Positions 10,151 through 18,008 of a DNA stretch of 64,000 nt are shown here, piece by piece. Under the pieces are notes generated by a model. That model was given only the letters and a program-made list of their open reading frames with translations, had not been told where the DNA came from and did not search any database. How positions within the stretch are numbered: position 1 is the first letter of the stretch; every line of letters begins with the position of its first letter. Source of the stretch: an uncultured Acidimicrobiaceae bacterium (GTDB taxonomy: Bacteria > Actinomycetota > Acidimicrobiia > Acidimicrobiales > Bog-793); NCBI GenBank assembly GCA_963841155.1, contig CAWJBM010000005.1:11869-75868 (forward strand). Reading direction: 5' to 3'. Both the position numbers and the translations under genes were made by a program.

Positions 10151-11107
10151 TCACAGTTCCCGCAAGACAGCGACACGTTCTGCGAGATCAAGGACCCCGG
10201 GCCCTTCCGGCTCCTCCGGTCGGCGCTCGAAGGGCGCCAGCCAGAGTCGCGAAGTTGACTCCGCGACGCTGCGCGGGAGGCAGGACGGCCTGCGGATCGG
10301 GGCGCCGTCGATCTTCTCGAGGGCAGAGATAAGGCCTGGCGGATAACGCGTGACTGCTACGGCAGCCAGATCGGCGAACGGCTCACGGCCGTTGCCGGCA
10401 ACCCTGTCGGCAATTCTGGCGAAGGTCGGGATATAACGTCTGAGCGGGTCGAAAGCAAGCACGGCGATGGCACCCGAGACGGTGTCGCCACGCTTTATGT
10501 GCGCGAGCTCATGTGCGAGCACGGCCTCGAGCTCGATCCTGTCCAAGAGCAAGACGAGCCCACTGGTGATGAACACGACCCCGCGGTCGGGCGAGCGGCC
10601 CACCGAGATGGCGTTGGGCGCCGGGTCGTCGAGAACTCGGATCTCTGCGCCCGGCAGGCCGAACACGGCGAACAATCCCTCCGCGACGTCGACGAGACGG
10701 GCGGCCTCGGTCGCGCTGAGGATGTTCGGCCGACGTTCGGCGGTGACCACAGTGCCACCGAGCTGCCGCGCCAGGACACCGGCCGAACGTACCCACATCA
10801 ACGACGACACGAGCGCGATCGCGCAGGCGATCGCGGCCCCGGCGATCAAGAAGGCGACCGAGACAACTCCGAGCAGGACAAGCACGACCGCGACAAACAG
10901 CGGTGCCATGAGGGCGGCCGCGGCCCGTCGCCGGCTCGCACGAGCCGCGTGACGCCAGGCCGCATCGCGGCGACGGGCGGCTGCGGCGAGCACGGCCCTC
11001 GAGGCCTCGTAAGCGGCCTGATGTGCCTCGGCGGCTCGGCGTGCCCTCCCGTCGCCGTTGGAGCCATGGCGCTGCCATCGCGCTCGGTCCCTGGCCGCTG
11101 GAGTCAT
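10151..11107 (-). CDS. M48 family (HtpX-like) zinc metallopeptidase
   Basis: Two TM helices; PNA, ITSGL, ELEAVLAHELAHI (HExxH), E..AD and TRYPPGLISALEK motifs. Confidence 0.88.
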   Translation of the reverse strand: MTPAARDRARWQRHGSNGDGRARRAAEAHQAAYEASRAVLAAAARRRDAAWRHAARASRRRAAAALMAPLFVAVVLVLLGVVSVAFLIAGAAIACAIALVSSLMWVRSAGVLARQLGGTVVTAERRPNILSATEAARLVDVAEGLFAVFGLPGAEIRVLDDPAPNAISVGRSPDRGVVFITSGLVLLLDRIELEAVLAHELAHIKRGDTVSGAIAVLAFDPLRRYIPTFARIADRVAGNGREPFADLAAVAVTRYPPGLISALEKIDGAPIRRPSCLPRSVAESTSRLWLAPFERRPEEPEGPGVLDLAERVAVLREL

Positions 11108-11116
11108 TGCCTGAGG

Positions 11117-12235
11117 CTACCCGGAGCGGGCGGCACGCCCTAGCCGCGCGTAGGCGTCTCGGTACGAGTCGGCGATGGCCCCCATGTCGCACTGGGCCGC
11201 GCGCCGGTGTCCCTTGTCGCGGAGAGCCTGCCGTTCGGCATCGTCGAAAAGGACGGTGCGGACGGCTTCGGCGAGCGCGACGCAGTCACCTGGCGGTACG
11301 AGGCGAGCTGCTCCCGCGGCCGCGAGTTGATAGCCGGGCAGGTTCGACGCGACGACCGCGGTCCCTGCCGCCATCGCCTCGAGCAGCACCACGCCGAAGG
11401 ACTCACCTCCGAGCGAGGGCGCGACAAGCACCTGGGCGCCCGCCAGGCGTGCAGCTCTCTCTTCGTCGTCGACAGGCCCGAGCCATGCGATGCGTGCGTC
11501 CGAGCCGAACCGGCGTCGCAGTCGCCCGGTCTCAGGGCCGTCTCCCAGCACCCATAGCTGGGTGGAGGACGGCAGGAGCCCGAAGGCCTCGAGCAGCACC
11601 GCCAGCCCCTTGCGGGGTTCGTGGCGGCCGACGAAAAGGACCGTCGGAGCGGTTGTCGGCCACGGGTCGACCGAGGCGAAGCTCCGCACCTCCACGCCGT
11701 TGGGGATGATCCCGACCCGGTTCGACAGGTGCCCGACGCATGCCTGAGCAGTGGAGCTGGCCTCTTCCGACACGGCGAAGGCTGCATCGATCCGACCTGA
11801 CCATGCCCCGACGATGTGCCCGTAGGCTCGATAGAGCAGGTCAGCCCCGGAGCGATGGAAGGTGCCCACGATCGGGCGCGGTCCGGACACCACCGCTGCG
11901 AGAGACGGACCGGGGACGAGCGGCTCGTGAACGTGGACTATCTCAGGCTCGAAGGCGCGCAGGGCACAGACCGTGCGCGACATCGTCGCCGGCCACGGTG
12001 AAACCGGCGCCCGCGAGCCGTTCACCGAGATCGGCGTGCCGGCCCCCACTTTGATGAAGACCGCTCCCTTCAGGGCAGCGGAATCGAGCTTGCCGGGAAT
12101 GCCTGCTCGTTCTGCAGGGGCCACGACGGCCACCTCGTCACCTCGCGACCGCAGCGCCCTCGCGAGGCCGAGCACCTGGGTCTGCACACCACCGGGCATT
12201 GTGCAGCTGTAGGGGCACACGAGCGCGATCCGCAT
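11117..12235 (-). CDS. pimA: GT4 phosphatidyl-myo-inositol alpha-mannosyltransferase (PimA-like)
   Basis: MRIALVCPYS..PGGVQ, NGS, HVHEP, EPRKGL and GGESFGVVLLEAMAAG motifs; pgsA-patA-pimA synteny. Confidence 0.85.
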   Translation of the reverse strand: MRIALVCPYSCTMPGGVQTQVLGLARALRSRGDEVAVVAPAERAGIPGKLDSAALKGAVFIKVGAGTPISVNGSRAPVSPWPATMSRTVCALRAFEPEIVHVHEPLVPGPSLAAVVSGPRPIVGTFHRSGADLLYRAYGHIVGAWSGRIDAAFAVSEEASSTAQACVGHLSNRVGIIPNGVEVRSFASVDPWPTTAPTVLFVGRHEPRKGLAVLLEAFGLLPSSTQLWVLGDGPETGRLRRRFGSDARIAWLGPVDDEERAARLAGAQVLVAPSLGGESFGVVLLEAMAAGTAVVASNLPGYQLAAAGAARLVPPGDCVALAEAVRTVLFDDAERQALRDKGHRRAAQCDMGAIADSYRDAYARLGRAARSG

Positions 12236-12353
12236 CGGCCGCGAGGCTATCGGCAGTGACCGCGCCCGAACCGAGGACATTGCGCGATCGGCTTTGCGGG
12301 CGGGCGCTTGGGCTCGTTCGGCCGTTCAGTTTGCTACCTTTCGCCACTGTGTT

Positions 12354-12371
12354 GCGGACACCTCCCGGACT
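12354..12371 (+). repeat. Tandem 11-bp-period GCGGACA/CCGGACT repeat (putative integrase arm site, left)
   Basis: GCGGACA-cctc-CCGGACT; same spacing and orientation as 15854-15871. Confidence 0.45.
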
Positions 12372-12434
12372 ACGGGTCGCTTCGCGCGTAGTCGGTCCGG
12401 CCCGCAACCGGTTGACTGTGCAAGTATCCGAGCC

Positions 12435-12845
12435 GTGGCGTTCCGTGCCGAGAAGAGGCTTCTGAAACACGCGCTGAGCCCCGGTGAGAACATCCTCGCC
12501 GGCGACATTCTTGGTGGTATCAGGGAGCTGCCGGAGCTTTCCAGGCCACCGGTCATCGTTGTGACTGACATGGGCATCTATCTGATTCTCTCGGGAGCAG
12601 AGAGTGAGGTTCGCTCGATCTGCTTTGACGAGCTCGCGGACGTCCGTCGCAGGACCACTCCCTCCGGGCGGGAGCTACAACTGATCTTTGGCGATGGCGA
12701 CGCTTCGACGGCGTTGACGTGCGTGTTCCACCCCCGGGATCGACGGGAATTGACGGGTGATCTGATTACCAGGCGATTTTTCGGACATGTCGTCAAAGAC
12801 ACGACCGTCGAGTTTCCCGATTCAGGAGGCGGAGTGCCCCGATGA
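12435..12845 (+). CDS. Hypothetical protein, possibly bacterial PH-like domain
   Basis: Globular-looking ORF with a PH-like pattern (LSPGENILA...IVVTDMGIYL...SICFDELADV...LQLIF). Confidence 0.55.
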   Translation: MAFRAEKRLLKHALSPGENILAGDILGGIRELPELSRPPVIVVTDMGIYLILSGAESEVRSICFDELADVRRRTTPSGRELQLIFGDGDASTALTCVFHPRDRRELTGDLITRRFFGHVVKDTTVEFPDSGGGVPR

Positions 12846-13144
12846 CCACTTTCGCCGGTCCCGCCTGGGCCTCCGGTTTCCGTGCCAAGCCCGGAGTCGA
12901 GCCCTGCCGCGTGGCATGCGAAGACGGCCTCGGTCTCAACGAAGATGCATCGGTAGTCGCCTGGCGCGTCGTCCGGTGGTCTTGCCTTGGGTTTCCATCC
13001 CCAGCAGGCGAGCACCAAAGCGCGTGTAGGCCGACGAAGGCCGAGAGGCTGAGCTGAACAGGCTGAGGTACGGACCCGAAGTAACAGCGGTACGGGACTG
13101 GTGCCTCGACTGTGACCACCTGTGCCGCTTCGGCACACCGCGCG

Positions 13145-13465
13145 CTAAGCCCCCGCCCCTCTGAGCCGGTTGCGTTCCCGCGCCGAGGTCCCGCCCCACA
13201 CAGCGTCGGCGTCGACCGTCATGGCGTAGTCGAGGCATTCGGCCCTGACGGCGCACCGCGCGCAAACTTCCCAGGCTGGCTCGGGCGACTCGCCAGGGCA
13301 TGGAAAGAGGTTGATCTCTGAGCCCATCCCACGACAGGCCGTGCCCCGCGTCCACGCCGGCATGGTGACGAACTCCTCGAGGGTCGGCGGGTCCAGATCC
13401 GAGAGCAGCGCGTGGTACCAAGCATGCTCAGCCGCGGCTCGCAGTTCGTCCTCGATGAGCGTCAC
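13145..13465 (-). CDS. WhiB family Fe-S transcriptional regulator
   Basis: W...ACRG, VCARCAVRAECLDYA and AVWGGTSARER: four Cys plus a variant of the GVWGG turn. Confidence 0.92.
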   Translation of the reverse strand: MTLIEDELRAAAEHAWYHALLSDLDPPTLEEFVTMPAWTRGTACRGMGSEINLFPCPGESPEPAWEVCARCAVRAECLDYAMTVDADAVWGGTSARERNRLRGAGA

Positions 13466-13644
13466 GCTCGGAACCGCTCCCGGATGAGCCGATCGAGCGC
13501 CAGGCCGTGACCGTGCGCCTCAACGAGCTCGGCCTCGGCCTCCGAGCGGCCGGCGACTCGCGCGGCGCGGTCGCGGGCGCAGAAGGGGATAAGCAGGCGC
13601 ACAGCCTCTCTTGCCCTTGCTGCAAGCCTCTCCGCGTCGGCCAC
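13462..13644 (-). CDS. Small hypothetical protein coupled to the whiB gene
   Basis: 60 aa, helical composition, GTGA stop/start overlap with whiB. Confidence 0.5.
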   Translation of the reverse strand: MADAERLAARAREAVRLLIPFCARDRAARVAGRSEAEAELVEAHGHGLALDRLIRERFRA

Positions 13645-13752
13645 CGTGGCGACGATTCCGCTCGAGGGTCGCGATTCCGTCGACCTAGAAAAGCCCAGGT
13701 CGCAGCTTGGTTCTAAGGCCCTGAAATGTTCGGTGAAGGTGTTGGCACTCGC

Positions 13753-14268
13753 CTATTTGCGCCCGTCGCAACTTTCCGTCTCTAGCTTCGCCGACGGCGA
13801 CGCTCTGAGCACCTCCGCCAGTTCGTTGAGCCCGTCGCCAGCGGCTACCAGGGCGTCGTTGAATTCAGTCTGCCCTTTCCGATGCCCACGCCCGCTCCGC
13901 GTCGGCAAGAGCTGTGAGACGGCAATGAGGCGGTTTGCGGCATCGGCGCTCGATTGCACGAGTTCCTCCGGAGCGACGATCCGGAGGCGCATGAAGAGGA
14001 CAAGCAGTTGGCGAGAATCCTCGGCGAGATCGCGCCAGCCACGCCCCGCCGCCGAGAGGCTCCACATAGGACCCAAGAAGGCCCGCGATTGGGAGCCGCC
14101 TTGGATGAGAGCAATGTCTTGGAATAGACGAACGCCGCAGCTGAGGTACTCGACTCCAAGTTCGAACGCCTTGCGATCGACGCCGAGAACTGGCGTCTTG
14201 CGGTGTCGGTTCGGCCAGTTTGTGAATATGCTCGACAAGGGCTGAAGATCTTCGACCGGGCCCATCAT
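13753..14268 (-). CDS. Hypothetical alpha-helical protein
   Basis: 171-aa ORF with natural composition in a visibly lower-GC stretch; no recognised motif. Confidence 0.55.
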   Translation of the reverse strand: MMGPVEDLQPLSSIFTNWPNRHRKTPVLGVDRKAFELGVEYLSCGVRLFQDIALIQGGSQSRAFLGPMWSLSAAGRGWRDLAEDSRQLLVLFMRLRIVAPEELVQSSADAANRLIAVSQLLPTRSGRGHRKGQTEFNDALVAAGDGLNELAEVLRASPSAKLETESCDGRK

Positions 14269-14641
14269 GTCTACTTGAGCCCGAAGATCCGCAGAAACCG
14301 CCCCGCGGCCCCCATCGACTTGCTGTACGTCTTCCGCCTCGCCACGCGCCTCGCGTAGGCGCCCGGACCACGAGAGGCGGCGCGGGCGTTGTTGCTGAGG
14401 CGGGCGGCCCGGTAGAGGTTGCTCGTGAGCGAGCGCTTACGTGGCATCTGTGCCCCCTTGAGCTTGCGACTGTCATGCTTCGCCTGCTGCTCGACAGCAT
14501 CGCGCTTTCAGATGCGGCCCGCTGCCTTCGGGTGCCGGGCCGTTACGTGTCCAGGGGCACGCAAAGTGCCGCGATTGCACGGCTGTGGTGCCCGTAGGGG
14601 TTGCAACCAGTTGATACACCCCTACGAAAGAATCATCGTTC

Positions 14642-15304
14642 GTGAACCTTGGTGAGTGGGCGAGGCAACAGGACATCCATCCGCAGACCGCCTATCGGTG
14701 GTTCCGGACCAGCACGCTCCCGGTCCCGGCGCGCAAGATGGGCAAGCTCATCCTGGTCGGTGACCTCGAGGCCGGGCGGGTGAGCAGCCGCCTCACCGCC
14801 GTCTACGCACGGGTGTCCCCGGCCGACCAGCGCGACGACCTCGACCGCCAAGTGGCTCGCGTGTGCAGCTGGGCTGTCGCGAAGGGCTTTTCGATCGACC
14901 GCGCGGTCACCGAGGTCGGTTCCGGGCTGAACGGCAAGCGTCGAAAGTCTCCTGGGCTTGTCTCGGACCCGAAGGTGACGACGATCCTGGTCGGGCACCG
15001 TGATCGCTTCGCCAGGTTCGGCTCCGAGTACCTCGCCGCGTCTTTGCAGGCGAGCGGCCTGAAGACGACGGGTCTGCGTCACGGCACCAGGTACCACGAG
15101 CTCCGGCACTACCACGCGTCCCTCCTGATCCGCCGCGGCGAGAACGTGAAGACAGTTCAGGCCCGTCTCGGCCATGCCTCGGCCGTCGAAACGCTCAACA
15201 CATACGCGCATCTGTGGCCAGACTCCGAAGACCGCACGCGGACGGCGATCGACGACGTGCTCGGGTCGGCAACGCGTGCCGAGGCCGGGAGAGCCGTCTC
15301 GTGA
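14642..15304 (+). CDS. Chimera: IS607-family serine resolvase (TnpA) fused in frame to tyrosine integrase C-terminus
   Basis: MNLGEWA..IHPQTAYRWF, VYARVS..DQ..DLDRQ, EVGSGLNGKR, HRDRFARFG, then YHELRHYHASLLI..GENVKTVQARLGHASAVETLNTYAHLWPD. Confidence 0.85.
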   Translation: MNLGEWARQQDIHPQTAYRWFRTSTLPVPARKMGKLILVGDLEAGRVSSRLTAVYARVSPADQRDDLDRQVARVCSWAVAKGFSIDRAVTEVGSGLNGKRRKSPGLVSDPKVTTILVGHRDRFARFGSEYLAASLQASGLKTTGLRHGTRYHELRHYHASLLIRRGENVKTVQARLGHASAVETLNTYAHLWPDSEDRTRTAIDDVLGSATRAEAGRAVS

Positions 15305-15811
15305 GCCTCAGCGAGGCGGAGGTCCGAGCCCTGGGCGCCCACCTCAACTACCACGTCAAGATGATGGCCGAGCTCTTCGCCTGGACCTGTGGCTCCACGA
15401 GACCGGGCCGGCCGTGCTCGAGAATGCTTGCCTCGAGGCGACGCTTGTTCACATGCGGCTACTGATCGAGTTTGTCGCCGGCGCAAAGACCCGGACGACC
15501 CGCGGATGCGGCGCTGGAGTCCCGAGGACATCAAGCCGGCGCACCTCGTGCCCAACTGGCCCGGACTGCCTGACGGCCGGCTCGACAGCGACCACGAGCT
15601 CGCGGACCAGTACGTTGCCCATCTTTCACTGATCCGAGCTCAGACGATCGCGGCGCTCGGCTGGTCACTCGGGCGGATGGTCAACGAGGCCCTGTTCACG
15701 CTCGAGCGTTTCACTGAGGCGGTCGAAAGTTCCGCGAATCCTGCCGGTGCGATCTTGCGCGTTGGCTTGAGCGAGGCTGCTCAGCTCAAGACACGGCCGA
15801 GTAGAACCTGA
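15301..15811 (+). pseudogene. Doubly frameshifted helical protein, possibly HEPN-like
   Basis: Three frames join into HLNYHVKMM...ENACLEATLVHMRLLIEF...DIKPAHL...ADQYVAHLSLIR...W; shifts near 15380 and 15480. Confidence 0.55.
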
Positions 15812-15853
15812 CCGGGAACCGATCCCGCCTGACTTCGCTGCCGGTCTCGTCTC

Positions 15854-15871
15854 GCGGACATTTCGCGGACA
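15854..15871 (+). repeat. Tandem 11-bp-period GCGGACA repeat (putative integrase arm site, right)
   Basis: GCGGACA-tttc-GCGGACA, 30 bp from the patA stop. Confidence 0.55.
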
Positions 15872-15901
15872 TTGGGCTCTGGCCGTATCTGAAAGCCCTG
15901 T

Positions 15902-16801
15902 TCAACCGTATAGCTCTCGGTCTGACGGCCAGTTTGGCTGGAACAGGTGCCACTGTTCTGGTGCCAGCCCGATCAGGTCCTCCAGACCACGCGCCATCTC
16001 CTCGGTGAGGCGCTGGAGGTCCTGACGCAGCCTGCCGCTGCGTGTCGAGTCGAGCGGGGGCTGCAATACAGCGTGGTACAGGCCACGCGGCCGCTGATAG
16101 ATGGCGCAGGTCATCAAGGGTGCGCCTGATCGCAGGGCGAGCAGCGCCGGGCCTGCGGGCAGCGTCGTCTTCTCACCGAAGAGCTCCACCTCTACGCCGT
16201 TGCCGACAAGGTCTCGGTCCGCCAACAGTCCGACGACGCGGCCCGCCCGCAGCGTGTCCAGGAGCCGGACGGTCGTGTCGGGCCCGGGTGGCAACACGGT
16301 GAGCCCGAGCGCTGCGCGCTGTGACGTGAACCAGTCGAACAGCTCGGGAGGTTCCAGCAGTTCGCCAACAGTGGTCATGGGATATCCCTGTTGGGCGAGC
16401 CAACGGCCCCCGTACTCCCAGGAGCCGACATGGGGAAGCGCGATCACCACACCGCGGCCTCTCGCCATTTCCACACGGAAGCGCTCGAAACCCTCGATGC
16501 TGAAGGTCGACTCGATCTGGTCCGACCTCAGTGTCACGATCCGTGCAGACTCCACCCAGTAGTGCGCGTAGGAGGAGAACGCCTTCGTGACGAGCCGGAC
16601 CACGGTCGCCTCGTCGACCGCGGGCCCGAGCACTCGCCGCAGGTTGGCGCGCACGAGCGGCCGCTTGTCGCGCCACAGCTCCGAAATCGTGAAGCCGGCG
16701 GCGCTCGCGAGGCCACTGGCAACCGGACGCGGAATGACTTGCAACATCGCCGCGATGCCCCGATAGGTGAGGTAACGAGCCCATTGGTTCGGCGCCGTCA
16801 C
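15902..16801 (-). CDS. patA: Phosphatidylinositol mannoside acyltransferase
   Basis: F.SYAHYWVES, ALPHVGSWE (HxxxE), LLADRDL, LPAGPA and PEQWHLFQPNW motifs; downstream of pgsA. Confidence 0.88.
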   Translation of the reverse strand: MTAPNQWARYLTYRGIAAMLQVIPRPVASGLASAAGFTISELWRDKRPLVRANLRRVLGPAVDEATVVRLVTKAFSSYAHYWVESARIVTLRSDQIESTFSIEGFERFRVEMARGRGVVIALPHVGSWEYGGRWLAQQGYPMTTVGELLEPPELFDWFTSQRAALGLTVLPPGPDTTVRLLDTLRAGRVVGLLADRDLVGNGVEVELFGEKTTLPAGPALLALRSGAPLMTCAIYQRPRGLYHAVLQPPLDSTRSGRLRQDLQRLTEEMARGLEDLIGLAPEQWHLFQPNWPSDRELYG

Positions 16802-16841
16802 CGGCCGGCCACCTGTTCCCGACCGAATTGGTGAACTGTGG

Positions 16842-17798
16842 TCAGCTGCCGGTCCCGGGGCGCCGTCGCCGCGACGATCGCACGGCGAGGCTGCGGCTCT
16901 CGGCCCGGGGACCGACACGGCGTGCACCGGAGCGCTCACTGGCAAGGACACGACGCAGCCTCACCCCGAGCGGCTCGGTACGGCGTCGGGCTCGCACGCG
17001 GCTCGGCATGGTCGCACGCCGCCTTGTGCCGTTAGCACGCGGCTGCCGCCACGATTGCCAGCGCGATTCGACACGCCCGCGCCGCCACGGTCCACGCACG
17101 GCCTTGGAGCTGGAGCTCTGCAGGCTCGCCTGGCGCCAGACCTTGACAAAACGCTGCACTGCGGTGAACACCGACAGCGCTAGCAGCAGGCCGAGCAAGG
17201 GGACCAGGATCACATGGATCAGCAGTGCGATGCCGAGCAGGATGAGCCGCTCGGCCCGTTCCATGAGGCCGCCCTTGGCGTCGTAACCGAGGGACTCCGC
17301 CTTCGCACGCTCGTAGGAGATCACCGCGCTTACGCCGAGGATGGCGAAGGGCAACAGCGCCAGTCTGGGCTGGCTGCCCGAGGCGAGGTACCAGGCCACG
17401 CCGCCAAAGATGAGGGTGTCGGCCACCCGGTCGGCGACCGAGTCGAAGAACGCGCCCTTCTTGGAAGCCGTGCCCGCAGCCTTCGCGACAACGCCATCGA
17501 GGGTGTCCATGAGGCCGCCGACGGTGAGAAGCACCACGCTGAGCCACAAGTGCCCGAGGCCGATGGTGACACCGGTGACGCCCGCGAGAACAATGCCTAC
17601 GACGGTGACCTGGTTCGCGCTGACGCCGAGTCGCACGAGGCGGTTGCCCACCCCGAAGCCCGTACGGACCCCACGCCCGGGTGACCGCTGCGCTACCCCG
17701 CCTGTCGTGCTCGGCTCAGGGGTCTGCGCGGTCTGGTCCTCAACGGGAACTTCCTCGTTGCCGCTCGCCGTTGACTGGCCCCGGTGGCCGTCGATCAT
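16842..17798 (-). CDS. pgsA: CDP-alcohol phosphatidyltransferase (PI/PIP synthase) with Arg-rich tail
   Basis: DTLDGVVAK...GAFFDSVADR signature; SYERAKAE; GLMERAER. Confidence 0.9.
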   Translation of the reverse strand: MIDGHRGQSTASGNEEVPVEDQTAQTPEPSTTGGVAQRSPGRGVRTGFGVGNRLVRLGVSANQVTVVGIVLAGVTGVTIGLGHLWLSVVLLTVGGLMDTLDGVVAKAAGTASKKGAFFDSVADRVADTLIFGGVAWYLASGSQPRLALLPFAILGVSAVISYERAKAESLGYDAKGGLMERAERLILLGIALLIHVILVPLLGLLLALSVFTAVQRFVKVWRQASLQSSSSKAVRGPWRRGRVESRWQSWRQPRANGTRRRATMPSRVRARRRTEPLGVRLRRVLASERSGARRVGPRAESRSLAVRSSRRRRPGTGS

Positions 17799-18008
17799 CA
17801 CGCTCCTGTCTGGCACTGCTGCAGTCGAAAATGTCCGTCACGCAAGCCCACGCGACTTTCACCCTCTCTCGATGAGGATACCAGAGGCACCCGCCGATCC
17901 TCCGGGCTCCTCCTCCGGCGCACGCGACCGATAGGCTCCCAACCTGTCCGGAGAGCTTGTCGACCAGCCAGCCACGGTGAAGCCGGTCGCGGGAAGTGAG
18001 GTACCCAC

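Larger units (their letters stand above)
12350..15900. mobile_element. Decayed integrative element between patA and pimA
   Basis: Interrupts a normally adjacent gene pair; contains a tyrosine-integrase C-terminus, IS607 resolvase, WhiB and orphan ORFs; tandem GCGGAC repeats at both ends. Confidence 0.65.
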
